From an uncultured Thermoleophilia bacterium (GTDB lineage Bacteria > Actinomycetota > Thermoleophilia > Miltoncostaeales > Miltoncostaeaceae): DNA of 64,000 nt. Below are positions 47,302-57,245 of this stretch, one piece after another. How positions within the stretch are numbered: the stretch's first letter is position 1; each line of letters opens with the position of its first letter. The notes beneath the pieces are model-generated. The model searched no databases. It saw only the letters and a program-made list of their open reading frames with translations, and was not told where the DNA came from. Where the stretch lies: assembly GCA_963771025.1 (NCBI GenBank), contig CAVYRL010000003.1, positions 354,267 through 418,266 on the forward strand, written 5' to 3'. The position numbers and the translations under genes are program-made.

Positions 47302-48443
47302 GCCGAACCCTGATCCTGGGCGGGGGGTTCGGCGGCATCAGCGTCGCGACCGAGCTGCGCCGGCTGCTCGAGGGCGATCACGAGGTGGTGCTGGTCGACC
47401 GCGCCGAACGCTTCGCGATGGGCCTGCGCAAGCTCTGGGAACTGGTCGGTCAGGCGACCATCGCCGACGGGAGTCGACCCCGAGCGAGCCTGAGGGAGGG
47501 CGGCATCGACGTCGTCCGCTCCGAGATCCGGGCCATCGACCCGGAGGCGCGCGCGGTCGAGACCGATGCCGGCCGTCTCGAGGGCGACCACCTGGTCGTG
47601 GCGCTGGGCGCCGTTTCGCGCCCGGACCTCGTTCCGGGCCTCGAGGAGCACGGTCACGACATCTGGAGCTTCGCCGGGGTTCCGCCCGCCGCGAGCGCGC
47701 TCGCCCGCTTCAGCGGAGGGCGCATCGTCGTGCTGATCGCCGGGGCGCCGTACCCCTGCCCGCCCGCCCCCTTCGAGTGCGCCATGCACCTGCACGAGCA
47801 CCTGCGCACCCGGGGGATCCGCGAGCGCAGTGAGATCGAGGTCAGCACGGTGCAGCCGATGCTGATGCCGAACGCGGGTCGCGAGGGCTCGGAGTGGATG
47901 GCCGCCCGGCTCGCCGAGCGCGGCATCGCCTGGCGCGTGGCGAGCCCCGTCACGAGGGTCGAGGAGGGGCACGTGGTCCTGGCGGAGGGAGAGCTCGCGT
48001 TCGATCTGCTCATCGCCGTCCCCCCGCACCGGCCGCCGCCGGTCGTCAGCGAGAGCGGCCTCGCGGGGGAGAGCGGGTGGATCGACGTCGATCCCGGGAG
48101 CCTCGAGACGGACCGTCCCGGCGTCTTCGCCGTCGGCGACGTCACCCGCATCCGCCTCGCCAACGGCCTGCCGCTGCCGAAGGCCGGCGCGATCGCCGAG
48201 CGCCAGGGCGAGCGGGTCGCGGCGGCGATCGCCGCACAGGTGCGCGGCGCCCCCGCGCCGCCGCCCTTCACGGGTGCGGGACGCTGCTTCGTCGAGATGG
48301 GGGCCGAGGCGGCCGCGACGGTGGACGGGGAGTTCTACGCCACCCCCGAGCCCCGAATCGTGCTCTCGGAGCCGGACGCGGTGCACGCCCGGGAGAAGCG
48401 CCTGTTCGAGAGCGAGTTGCTCGAGCGCTGGTTCGGCGGATAG
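47298..48443 (+). CDS. Sulfide:quinone oxidoreductase-like flavoprotein (type III-like)
   Basis: GGGFGG, YPCPPAPFE, FAVGDV, LPKAG..AE.QG and G.CFVEMG motifs. Confidence 0.82.
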   Translation: MSRTLILGGGFGGISVATELRRLLEGDHEVVLVDRAERFAMGLRKLWELVGQATIADGSRPRASLREGGIDVVRSEIRAIDPEARAVETDAGRLEGDHLVVALGAVSRPDLVPGLEEHGHDIWSFAGVPPAASALARFSGGRIVVLIAGAPYPCPPAPFECAMHLHEHLRTRGIRERSEIEVSTVQPMLMPNAGREGSEWMAARLAERGIAWRVASPVTRVEEGHVVLAEGELAFDLLIAVPPHRPPPVVSESGLAGESGWIDVDPGSLETDRPGVFAVGDVTRIRLANGLPLPKAGAIAERQGERVAAAIAAQVRGAPAPPPFTGAGRCFVEMGAEAAATVDGEFYATPEPRIVLSEPDAVHAREKRLFESELLERWFGG

Positions 48444-48547
48444 GGGCCCGCGGCCGCGCGGGTGGTAGGAGGTGACCTCGCCGCCGGGCCGGCCGCGCGA
48501 GGGTGCATATTCTGACCGGAGGCCGTCACAACGCATCGGAGCCGCCA

Positions 48548-50161
48548 ATGGACGATGTCGACTACTTGATCGTCGGGGGCGGCACGGCGGGGTGCATCCT
48601 CGCGAGCCGCCTGACGGAGTCCGGCCGGCACCGGGTGCTGCTCGTCGAGGCCGGCGGCGAGCCCCGCAGCCTGTTCATTCGCATCCCGGCGGGTTTCGGT
48701 CACCTGCTGCGCAGCCGGCGCTACAACTGGGGCTACGAGTCCACGCCCGATCCGGACACCGACGGCCGCGCGATCCCCGTGCCCAGCGGGCGCGGACTGG
48801 GCGGGTCGGGCCTCATCAACGGCATGGTGTACGTGCGCGGTCAGGCCGCCGACTACGACGGGTGGGCCGCCGACGGAGCGACGGGCTGGGCGCACGCGGA
48901 CGTCGAACCGTACTTCCGGCGTATCGAGGACTACGCGCAGGGCGGCGAGGGACGGGGACGCGACGGGCCGCTGCACGTCACCCAGGTTCGGGAGCGGTTC
49001 CCCGTAGCCGATGCGTTCCTGCGTGCGGCGGTGGAGGACGGCGGTCGTCTCGTGGAGGACTACAACCTGGAGCAGGCGGGGTTCGGCTACTACCAGGTCA
49101 ACCAGCTCCGTGGCCGGCGATGGAGCCCGTACGACGCGTACCTTGCTCCCGTCCGCGGACGGTCGAACCTCAGCGTGATGAGCCACACCCACGCGCTCGG
49201 TCTCACATTCGACGCCCACCGATGCACCGGCGCGAGGATCGGGCGCGGGCGGTCCGAGCATAAGGTTCGCGCCCGACGCGGGGTGATCCTGACCGCCGGG
49301 GCGATCCGCTCACCCCAGCTCCTCGAGCTCTCCGGCATTGGACGCGCGGGCGTTCTGAGTTCCATCGGCGTGCCGCTGCGGCACGAGCTCGTGGGCGTCG
49401 GTGAGAACTACTCCGACCACTACGCCCTGCGCATGAACTGGAGGCTCCAGGGAATCCACAGCCTCAACGAGTCGACGCGGGGATGGCGGCTGGCGGCCGC
49501 GGTGGCGCAGTACGTGGTCCGGCGCACCGGCATTCTCACGCTGGGCCCGGCGCTCTGCCACGGATTCGTCACGACCGATCCCGAGGGCGACCGGCCGGAT
49601 ACGCAGTTCCTGTTCATGCACGCCAGCTACGAGAACGCTGCCCGGCGCGTCCTGGACCGGCAGCCGGGCATGACCATCGGCATGATCCAGCAGCGGCCGC
49701 GCTCGGTCGGAGCCATTCACAGCGTCTCCGCCGACCCCGTCCAGCCGCCCGCGATTCACCCGCGCTTCCTGAGCGCGCCCGAGGACCGCAGACGCGTGGT
49801 CGCCGCGATACGACTGGCGCGGCGCCTCGTGGCCCGCCCGTCGCTCGCTCCGCTCATCGCGCGCGAGATGAACCCCGGTCCCCTCGCCGGCGACGACGAC
49901 GCGTTGCTGGGCTGGGCCAGGGCGACGGGCCAGACGCTCTACCACCCGTGCGGGACGTGCCGCATGGGGAGCGACGACGGGGCGGTGGTGGACCCCCGTC
50001 TGCGCGTGCGAGGCGTCGAGGGCCTGTGGGTCGCCGACGCGTCGGTGATGCCGTCGATCACCTCGGGCAACATCCACGCGCCGGTCATGATGATCGCGGA
50101 GCGCGCCTCGGACATGATCCTGGCCGACGCCCGAGAGCAGCCCGACGCTCCGATCCACTGA
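48548..50161 (+). CDS. GMC oxidoreductase (choline dehydrogenase-like)
   Basis: IVGGGTAGC.LA.RL, GRGLGG...INGM.YVRG, YHPCGTCRMG and DASVMP...GN motifs. Confidence 0.93.
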   Translation: MDDVDYLIVGGGTAGCILASRLTESGRHRVLLVEAGGEPRSLFIRIPAGFGHLLRSRRYNWGYESTPDPDTDGRAIPVPSGRGLGGSGLINGMVYVRGQAADYDGWAADGATGWAHADVEPYFRRIEDYAQGGEGRGRDGPLHVTQVRERFPVADAFLRAAVEDGGRLVEDYNLEQAGFGYYQVNQLRGRRWSPYDAYLAPVRGRSNLSVMSHTHALGLTFDAHRCTGARIGRGRSEHKVRARRGVILTAGAIRSPQLLELSGIGRAGVLSSIGVPLRHELVGVGENYSDHYALRMNWRLQGIHSLNESTRGWRLAAAVAQYVVRRTGILTLGPALCHGFVTTDPEGDRPDTQFLFMHASYENAARRVLDRQPGMTIGMIQQRPRSVGAIHSVSADPVQPPAIHPRFLSAPEDRRRVVAAIRLARRLVARPSLAPLIAREMNPGPLAGDDDALLGWARATGQTLYHPCGTCRMGSDDGAVVDPRLRVRGVEGLWVADASVMPSITSGNIHAPVMMIAERASDMILADAREQPDAPIH

Positions 50162-50305
50162 CGCGGGCAGCCGGTCGTCGACCTGGACGTCGGGGGTGAC
50201 CCCCGGCGGCCGACCTCCGCCTGGTCGGTCGCCATGGCCGCCGGGTTTGGCTGGGAGGTACGCGACCCAGGTGGAGCGCGCCGTATGGCGAGCGCCTCCG
50301 CGCAC

Positions 50306-50767
50306 CTACCCGGTAGCCCCATCCGCTCCGAGAGATGTCGCAATTCGCTCCATGATCCGGGTGAGGTCGGCGATATCACCGTCGTCCAAGGCGTCGCCGA
50401 ACATCCTCTGAAGGAGCTGGTGGTGGGTCCGGCGCGCCTTCGTGATGAGCGCCCGCCCGCGCGGGGTGATGACCGCGAAGGTCGAACGGGCGTCGTCCGG
50501 ATCGGGATCCCGCCGAATCAGCCCTGACGTCTGCATGCGGTCGATCAGCTTGGAGAGCCCTGACGGTGAGAGCACGATCGCCGAGCCGAGCTCGCCGAGG
50601 CGCAGCCGCCCACCGGCCGCGTGCAGCTGCGCGAGCACGTCGTAGCGGGCGATCGTCAGGCCGTGGTCGCGCCGCATCTGGGCCTCGAGCTGATCCCAGA
50701 GGCGTGCGTGCGTGCGAAGGAGCGCCAGCCAGGCGCCCATCCAACGATCGTGGTCGCCGGTGACCAT
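50306..50767 (-). CDS. MarR family regulator
   Basis: LS.SGLSKLIDRM...GLIRR.PDP.DAR...ITPRG motif. Confidence 0.92.
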   Translation of the reverse strand: MVTGDHDRWMGAWLALLRTHARLWDQLEAQMRRDHGLTIARYDVLAQLHAAGGRLRLGELGSAIVLSPSGLSKLIDRMQTSGLIRRDPDPDDARSTFAVITPRGRALITKARRTHHQLLQRMFGDALDDGDIADLTRIMERIATSLGADGATG

Positions 50768-50865
50768 GGGCCCAGCCTAACGAGGAAACGGTTGCCATGC
50801 CAAATATACCGGGAGTATAAGTTGGCATGACAAGCATTTCACACCACCACCGTCGGGAGGGATCG

Positions 50866-51249
50866 ATGGCAGGCGCAAACAGGGCATCGGCGGTCATCTG
50901 CTCCACCGATTTGGTACGCAGCCAGGAGTTCTACGAGGACAAGGTGGGGCTGACCCTCTCGCCCGAGACGATCACGAACCACCTCCTGTTCGAGTGCGGC
51001 GACGGCACGACGCTGCTCGTCTACGGCCGCCCCGCCCCCAGCACGGCGGATCACACCCAGGTGCGCTTCTGGTCCGCGGACGTGGAGGCCGACGCGGCCG
51101 CCCTGTCGGCGCGGGGCGTCGTCTTCGAGGAATACGACTTCCCCGCCCTGAAGACCGTGGGCGGCGTCGCGGCGACCCCGGGGATCGGAAAGTCCGCGTG
51201 GTTCAAGGATCCGGACGGCAACACCCTGGCGCTGTTCCAGCCGGAATAG
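50866..51249 (+). CDS. VOC/glyoxalase family protein
   Basis: DL.RS..FYEDKVGL and AWFKDPDGN.L motifs; GGAGG RBS. Confidence 0.9.
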   Translation: MAGANRASAVICSTDLVRSQEFYEDKVGLTLSPETITNHLLFECGDGTTLLVYGRPAPSTADHTQVRFWSADVEADAAALSARGVVFEEYDFPALKTVGGVAATPGIGKSAWFKDPDGNTLALFQPE

Positions 51250-51255
51250 AGCGCG

Positions 51256-51372
51256 TCCGGATGCACGGGCTCGCACCAACGCGGGGAGGTGCCCAGGCCG
51301 CACCAGGCGAGCGGCAGGAGCAGCGATCGGGGCCGTGCATCCCGCCGTCGGCGTCCCCGGGGCGCGACTCAT
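51256..51372 (-). mobile_element. Possible decayed IS256-family transposase C-terminal fragment
   Basis: SRAPGTPTAG...ARLVRPGHLPALVRA resembles, from memory, the actinobacterial IS256 tail (.KGPGSRAAG...RWRAVNAPHLVALVRAG). Confidence 0.3.
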
Positions 51373-51476
51373 CTCCGGAGGGCCGCCTCAGCGCCCTTTC
51401 GCTCGCCGCCGTGGATGAGACGCCGGCGGGCGACGACCACGGGTCCCGTGGCGCCGCCCGTCGCCGTCGGTGCGCG

Positions 51477-51749
51477 TCAGGCGTCGCACCGGCCCGCGAA
51501 GAGTGCGGCCTGCGGCCGCCCCTTGTGCCCGGCCTCCTTCATGATCGGGGGAACCTCGGGGTCCGAGACGAAGCTCTGCCAGCCCTGCTCGTCCCAGTCG
51601 AAGACCGCCCAGACCCGGTCGTCCTCAGAGGGGTCGCGGAAGATGAGCACACCCGTGCACCCGTGCTCCCGGCGTTTCTCGGCTCCCTTGGTCGAGAAGA
51701 CGTCCATGAAGCGATCGAAGTCCTCGAAGCGCGTCGTGGCGAGTAGCAC
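51477..51749 (-). CDS. Small dimeric alpha+beta barrel-like protein
   Basis: AAAGGAG RBS; EDFDRF..VF....RREHG....IFRD.....V...FDW pattern. Confidence 0.75.
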   Translation of the reverse strand: MLLATTRFEDFDRFMDVFSTKGAEKRREHGCTGVLIFRDPSEDDRVWAVFDWDEQGWQSFVSDPEVPPIMKEAGHKGRPQAALFAGRCDA

Positions 51750-51787
51750 CGTGATCTCCTTTGTCGTCGTGTCGTCGTGAGGTTGCG

Positions 51788-52945
51788 TCAGCCGGCGAGG
51801 GCCGGCGTGCCGACCGGACGCTCCTGTGGATCGATCGCGCCGAGGTCCGCGACGATCTCGAAGCGGCCGCCTCGGGCCTGGCCGATGTACATGTTCATCC
51901 GCACGTGGTGCTGGCCGGGCACCATCGCCGCCGGCCCGCCCGGGCCCTCGGTGATCTGCGCGCTGTCGAGGGCGGCGATCACGTCGTCGCGCGTCAGCGA
52001 GCCGGCTTCCGTCACCGCCACGGCCCAGAGCAGCATCGCGCGGTAGAGGCCGGAGCACCCGCTGCCACCGGTGAACTGCGCGCCACCGGGGTAGAGCGCG
52101 TCGTACTGCGCGAGAAGCCTCCGGCTGAACCGATCGTCGACCGACTGGTAATAGTCGAGGCAGCCGTAGAGCCCCTCGACCTGCTCCGCCGGCATCAGGT
52201 TGAGGAGGTTCTCGTCGAAGTACGTGCAGACGAGGTGTCCGCCGCGGCTCGTGAAGCCGGAGTCGTGCAGCTGTTCGAAGAACGGCATGAGCCCGGGAGG
52301 CACGATGGTGTTGAACACCACCTCCGCGCCGGTCGAGACGATCCTGTCGACCGTCGCCCCGTAGTCGGCGTGGTCGAGGGGGAAGTACTCCTCGCCGACG
52401 ATGGCCCCGCCGTTGGCCGTCACGACCTCCCGGACCCGCGCGTTCAGCACGTGCGGCCAGACGTAGTCGGCGGACGGCAGGTAGAAGGTCTTCGCCCCCG
52501 TCTCGCGCATCAGCCACGGGATGAACGGGTCGATCTGCTGCGCCGGCACCGGGCCGGTGCAGAAGATGAGTGGGTCCGACTCCTGGCCCTCGTATTGCTC
52601 GGGATAGATGTAGAGCGTCTTGCCCTCGACGACGGCGGGGCCCTTGATGGCCTGCCGCGTCGAGCTGTAGATGCCACCGAAGACGACATCGACCCGATCG
52701 TCATCGACCAACTTCCCGGCCGCGGCCGCCGCGGCGGAGTCGTCGGTCGCGCCGTCCTCGAGGCGCAGCTCCAGGCGCCGCCCCAAGAGGCCGCCCCTGG
52801 CGTTGATGTCGCCGATGACCATCCTCGCCACATTCACGTGGGCGAGCCCCATGAACGAGAGCGCGCCCGTCTGGTCGGCGATGACCCCCACCTTGATGGG
52901 GTCCCCGCTCGTTCCCCGCGTTGGATCCGCCACGGTGTCCTCCAT
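51788..52945 (-). CDS. AmiC/UrtA-like amide/urea-binding protein without signal peptide
   Basis: IKVGVI..QTG, INARGGLLGRRL, YEG.E, DYVWP and GEEYFPL motifs. Confidence 0.85.
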   Translation of the reverse strand: MEDTVADPTRGTSGDPIKVGVIADQTGALSFMGLAHVNVARMVIGDINARGGLLGRRLELRLEDGATDDSAAAAAAGKLVDDDRVDVVFGGIYSSTRQAIKGPAVVEGKTLYIYPEQYEGQESDPLIFCTGPVPAQQIDPFIPWLMRETGAKTFYLPSADYVWPHVLNARVREVVTANGGAIVGEEYFPLDHADYGATVDRIVSTGAEVVFNTIVPPGLMPFFEQLHDSGFTSRGGHLVCTYFDENLLNLMPAEQVEGLYGCLDYYQSVDDRFSRRLLAQYDALYPGGAQFTGGSGCSGLYRAMLLWAVAVTEAGSLTRDDVIAALDSAQITEGPGGPAAMVPGQHHVRMNMYIGQARGGRFEIVADLGAIDPQERPVGTPALAG

Positions 52946-54603
52946 TTCGTCGGCGTGTGCCGGCCGCTCGGCGCGACCGTCAGCAGCGCGTGGTGTGGGA
53001 GGATGCTCCTACCGTCGTGGGGTCCCACACATCGGGAGTACGCCCCATCTTGGACAGACCGCTTCGCCTCGCCGAGTTCGTCGCCACGTTGGCTCTCGCG
53101 CAGGACAACGCCTTCGGCCAGCCACTCGAGTCGCAACTGCGCTCGTGCCTGCTCGCGTCGTGGATCTGCGAGGAGGCGGGATTCGAGAGGGACGTGAGCG
53201 AGACCGTCTACTGGGTGGCGCTCCTGCGGTACGTCGGCTGCACCGGTCATGCCCACGAGGTCGCGACCGTGTTCGGCGACGAGATCGCGATTCGCGCGCA
53301 GACGCTGGTGCACGACGCCGCCGATCCCAACGAGGTCATGAGCGACGTCGTGACCTTCGCGACCGCGGGGCGCTCCGAGGACGAGCGGGACGAGATCATC
53401 CGGATGCTCCAGGAGACGGCCCACGAGTGGGCGGTCCACAACTTCTCGTCCGGGTGCGAGGTCGCCGACATGCTCGTGCGACGCCTCGACTTCGGCCCGG
53501 GCGTCCGTGAGGCGCTGGCCTTCACGTTCGAGCGCTGGAACGGCAACGGCTTCCCCGTCCATGCGCGCGGGGAGGACATTCCGCTCCCGATGCGCGTCGT
53601 ACACCTCAGCCACGACATGGAGGCGCTCGGTCGCCTCTTCTCCGTCGACCGCGCGCTCGACGCCGCCCGCGATCGCCGCGATCGCACGTACGACCCGGCC
53701 CTCGCCGATCTGTTCGTCGCAAACGGGCGCGGCTGGTTCGATCGGCTCCGCCAGATCGAGCCATGGGACGCCGTCCTGGCCCTCGAGCCCGAGCCGCGCC
53801 GCATGCTCGATGGGCAGGCCCTCGACGACACGCTGGTGGTCGCCGCCGACTTCATCGACCTCAAGTCGCCGTACATGGGCGGGCACAGTCGTCGATGCGC
53901 ACAGCTCGCCACCGACGCCGCCCGTGTGCTCGGGCTCCCCGAGGACGCCACCACGACCCTCCGCCGGGCGGCGCTCGTGCACGACTTCGGCACCACCGCG
54001 GTGCCGAACTCGATCTGGGACAAGCCCGGCCCGCTGACGCGAACCGAATTCGACCGCGTCGAGCTTCATCCGATGTTGACCGAGCAGATGCTGCGCCGCT
54101 CGCCGGCCCTCGACGCGCTCAACCCGATCGCTTCCGCGCACCACGAGAAGTGCGATGGATCCGGTTACCACCGGCGCGTGCGCGCCGACGGCGATCCGGG
54201 AGCGTGCGTCCTGGCCGCGACGGAGGTCTACGTGGGGCTCACCACCGAGCGAGCGGACCGTCCGCCGTTCTCGGATGCGGACGCGGCGGCGGAGCTGCGT
54301 CGCCTCGACGAGGAGCGCGTGCTCGAGCCCCGCGCGACCCGCGCCGTGCTCGTGGCCGCCGGACACGGCGAGGCGGCGGCCGGCGTACCCAGACGCCCAC
54401 GGCACCCCGGCGGACTCTCCCCTCGCGAAGCCGACGTGCTGCGCCTGGCCGCACGAGGGCTCACGACGCGCCAGATCGCCGATCGACTCGTCATCTCGCC
54501 CAAGACCGCCGATCACCACATCCAGCACATCTACAACAAGATCGGCGTATCGACACGGGCCGCCGCCGCTCTGTGGGCCATTCAGAACGACGTCGTGCGC
54601 TGA
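52921..54603 (+). CDS. HD-GYP-like domain plus LuxR HTH regulator
   Basis: ERWNG.G.P, HDFG..AVPNSIWDKPG.L, HHEKCDGSGY and C-terminal LuxR HTH. True start probably near 53050. Confidence 0.88.
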   Translation: MDPPRCPPFRRRVPAARRDRQQRVVWEDAPTVVGSHTSGVRPILDRPLRLAEFVATLALAQDNAFGQPLESQLRSCLLASWICEEAGFERDVSETVYWVALLRYVGCTGHAHEVATVFGDEIAIRAQTLVHDAADPNEVMSDVVTFATAGRSEDERDEIIRMLQETAHEWAVHNFSSGCEVADMLVRRLDFGPGVREALAFTFERWNGNGFPVHARGEDIPLPMRVVHLSHDMEALGRLFSVDRALDAARDRRDRTYDPALADLFVANGRGWFDRLRQIEPWDAVLALEPEPRRMLDGQALDDTLVVAADFIDLKSPYMGGHSRRCAQLATDAARVLGLPEDATTTLRRAALVHDFGTTAVPNSIWDKPGPLTRTEFDRVELHPMLTEQMLRRSPALDALNPIASAHHEKCDGSGYHRRVRADGDPGACVLAATEVYVGLTTERADRPPFSDADAAAELRRLDEERVLEPRATRAVLVAAGHGEAAAGVPRRPRHPGGLSPREADVLRLAARGLTTRQIADRLVISPKTADHHIQHIYNKIGVSTRAAAALWAIQNDVVR

Positions 54604-54702
54604 GAGCCGGCGCCGCGCGCGTTCACCCGTGAGCGGGGCGCGCGGGCCACGGCCTCTTTTGTCGCTCGTCGTCCGGTGCCGGGACGCCGGCCCCCGTGGG
54701 AC

Positions 54703-56292
54703 CTACGGGATGACCACGGTCGCCCCGCGCGCGGTCACGCGCGGGGCGTTGCCCCCGCCGGCCGTGACCCGGTTGACGTACCCGCCGGTCCGGGCCCTGC
54801 GGTTCAGGCGGGTGGTGATCCGGAAGATCCTGCGCGCGCCCGGCGCGAGGACGGACATCGTCCAATGGAGCCGATGCCCGGCGAGGATCCCGTGGCCACG
54901 CGCCCCGAACGTCGCGCCTTTCGCGAGGTAGTCGTTCACCTGGACGCGGGAGGCGGCGACACGACCGCAGTTCGACACGACGATCGTCCATCGGACCCCG
55001 CCGCCCCGGCGAACGGAGCGGCGGCTGGCCGTGTTGGTGATGCACAGTGCCGCCGAGGCGGCCGGCGCCGCGGCGCCGGGCTTCCCGGTGGGCCCGTCGG
55101 CGCCCCTCAGACCGGGCGGACCCGGTAGCCCGGTGAGGCCCGTGGGGCCGATGGGGCCGGTGAGGCCGGTGGGGCCGGCATCGCCGGTGAGGCCCGCGGG
55201 GCCGATCGGGCCGGTGGCGCCGTCGGCGCCGGTGGGACCGGTATCGCCGGTGGGGCCGGTATCGCCGGTGAGGCCTGCGGGGCCGATCAGGCCGTCGGCG
55301 CCGATCAGGCCGTCGGCGCCGGTGAGGCCGGTGGGGCCGTCAGCGCCGGTGAGGCCCGCGGGGCCAATCAGGCCGTCGGGGCCGATCAGGCCGTCGGCGC
55401 CGGTGAGGCCGGTGGGGCCGTCAGCGCCGGTGGGGCCCGCGGGGCCGATCAGGCCGTCGGCGCCGGCGGGCCCGGTGGCGCCATCAACGCCGTCAGCGCC
55501 GGCGGGGCCCGCGGGGCCGACGGGCCCCGGCACGAACACCGTCTCCCTGCACGCGGTGCGAACGGCCGTCGAGGCCATGGTGACGGTGCCCGTGTCCGCC
55601 AGGATCCGTCCATCGACGCGGCTTCCAGCCCCCACCGAGACGCCGACGAAGGCCATCACGGTGCCGGCGAACTTCGCCGTCGCACCGATCGTCGTCGAGC
55701 CGTTGACGGCCCAGAAGACGTTGCAGGGATCGGCTCCGTTGATCAATTCCACCACCGCCGAGGCGCCGACCGTGAGAGCCCCCCCGATCTGGAGAATGAA
55801 CACGGCGTCCGGGTCGCCGCCGCCGTCGAGCGTCAGGGTCGTGCCCGCCGTGAAGCCCACCGCCGTCGTCGAGTTGTAGACGCCCGGCGACAGCGAGGCC
55901 CCGCCGAGCTCGGCGACGAGGTCGGGCCCCGGGGACGCGGGCGCGAGCCTCGCGTCTCCGTATGCGAGATTCAGAGCCGCCTTGGCCGCGATGGCATCCG
56001 CGTCACCGAGGTGGGTCTCTCCGAGCACGATCGGGGGAGTGTCACCGGCCAGCACCCCCCCGATGCCGATGCCGAGGTTCTCGGACATGGCCGTGGCCCC
56101 GTTGCTCGTGACCGAGTTGCCGAGGACCGAGTAGGAGCCCGCCGCGCCCATGTCAACCGGATCGACCGCGAGGGCCGGTGCGGAAAACGCCAGCGCGAGG
56201 ACCGACACCGACAACGCCACGAGCGGGCGTCGCACCGCTCGCGTGCGGGTGGGACGAGCGACGGGGCGGGCCGAGGGCGCGGGAACGGGCAT
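54703..56292 (-). CDS. Secreted ice-binding (DUF3494) protein with collagen-like stalk and DUF11-like C-terminal domain
   Basis: Signal peptide; [25 protein letters not shown] and DGRILA motifs; 51 Gly-X-Y triplets; W.I.V.N.G...V.V.D.L motif. Confidence 0.88.
   Translation of the reverse strand: MPVPAPSARPVARPTRTRAVRRPLVALSVSVLALAFSAPALAVDPVDMGAAGSYSVLGNSVTSNGATAMSENLGIGIGGVLAGDTPPIVLGETHLGDADAIAAKAALNLAYGDARLAPASPGPDLVAELGGASLSPGVYNSTTAVGFTAGTTLTLDGGGDPDAVFILQIGGALTVGASAVVELINGADPCNVFWAVNGSTTIGATAKFAGTVMAFVGVSVGAGSRVDGRILADTGTVTMASTAVRTACRETVFVPGPVGPAGPAGADGVDGATGPAGADGLIGPAGPTGADGPTGLTGADGLIGPDGLIGPAGLTGADGPTGLTGADGLIGADGLIGPAGLTGDTGPTGDTGPTGADGATGPIGPAGLTGDAGPTGLTGPIGPTGLTGLPGPPGLRGADGPTGKPGAAAPAASAALCITNTASRRSVRRGGGVRWTIVVSNCGRVAASRVQVNDYLAKGATFGARGHGILAGHRLHWTMSVLAPGARRIFRITTRLNRRARTGGYVNRVTAGGGNAPRVTARGATVVIP
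55069..55527 (-). repeat. Uninterrupted collagen-like (Gly-X-Y)51 repeat
   Basis: Counted from GPV to GAA; built from recurring [12 protein letters not shown] and GAD-GPT blocks. Confidence 0.92.
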
Positions 56293-56382
56293 CTCGGTGT
56301 TCCATCGGCACATCTCCACTCAAAAACGATCTTCAAGCGGAACTTAATTCTCCGGCCGTGTCGAGCAGACCCCTGCGCGACC

Positions 56383-56418
56383 GGGGCGACGGCCACGTGC
56401 CATCGTGGCCGTCGCCCC
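56383..56418 (-). terminator. 15-bp perfect hairpin after sodA
   Basis: GGGGCGACGGCCACG-6 nt-CGTGGCCGTCGCCCC. Confidence 0.75.
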
Positions 56419-56427
56419 CACCTCCCG

Positions 56428-57036
56428 TCAGCCCGTGGCCTTTTCCAGCTGCCTCGCGACCGTCAACCAGTTGACGACGTTCCAGAAGGCGTCGATGTAG
56501 TCGGGCCGCCGGTTCTGGTAGTTCAGGTAATACGCGTGCTCCCAGACGTCGATGCCGAGGAGAGGCGTGTGGCCGTCGTTGAGAGGGGTGTCCTGATTGG
56601 GGGTGGACAGCACGACGAGGCCGGTGCCGTCGTGGGCGAGCCACGACCAACCGCTCCCGAACCGCTTCAGACCGGCGTCCTTCATCTCGCGCTTGAGCTC
56701 GGCGAGGCTCTCGAAGGTGTCCTCGATGGCCTTGGCCAGGGCACCGCTCGGCTCGCCGCCGCCGTCGGGGCTCATCGTCTCCCAGAAGAGGGAGTGGTTC
56801 GCGTGGCCGCCGCCGTTGTTGCGGATGGCGGCCCGCTTGCCCTCGTCGATGAGATCGAGGTTGTCGAGCACCTGCTCGAGCGGCTTGCCATCCCACTCGG
56901 TGCCCTCGATGGCCGCGTTCAGGTTGCTCACGTAGGTCTGGTGGTGCTTGTCGTGATGGAGCTTCATCGTCGCCTCGTCGATGTGGGGCTCCAGCGCGTC
57001 GTAGGCGTAGGGGAGGTCGGGCAGCTCGTACGGCAT
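56428..57036 (-). CDS. sodA: Superoxide dismutase, probably Mn-type
   Basis: [39 protein letters not shown] and DVWEHAYY motifs. Confidence 0.96.
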   Translation of the reverse strand: MPYELPDLPYAYDALEPHIDEATMKLHHDKHHQTYVSNLNAAIEGTEWDGKPLEQVLDNLDLIDEGKRAAIRNNGGGHANHSLFWETMSPDGGGEPSGALAKAIEDTFESLAELKREMKDAGLKRFGSGWSWLAHDGTGLVVLSTPNQDTPLNDGHTPLLGIDVWEHAYYLNYQNRRPDYIDAFWNVVNWLTVARQLEKATG

Positions 57037-57245
57037 CGGAAGTTCCTCTCGTTGTCCCCGCCCCTCGGGCGGGGTGCGGCCACACACCCGCACGGTACCG
57101 CGCTCGCGACGCCGAAGACCGGCGACGGCGACATCGCCGGCACCAGGGACCGGCGCAGGCGGCGCGAACGGTGGATCTCGCGCGTCAGGGCCGAACTCGA
57201 CGGGGGCGCGTCGCGCTCACACCTCCCACAGAGGTCCAGGTTCGC

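Noticed and set aside
55069-55527. Periodic repeats that could look like a CRISPR array
   Set aside because: They are in-frame Gly-X-Y codon repeats with no unique spacers and no cas genes.
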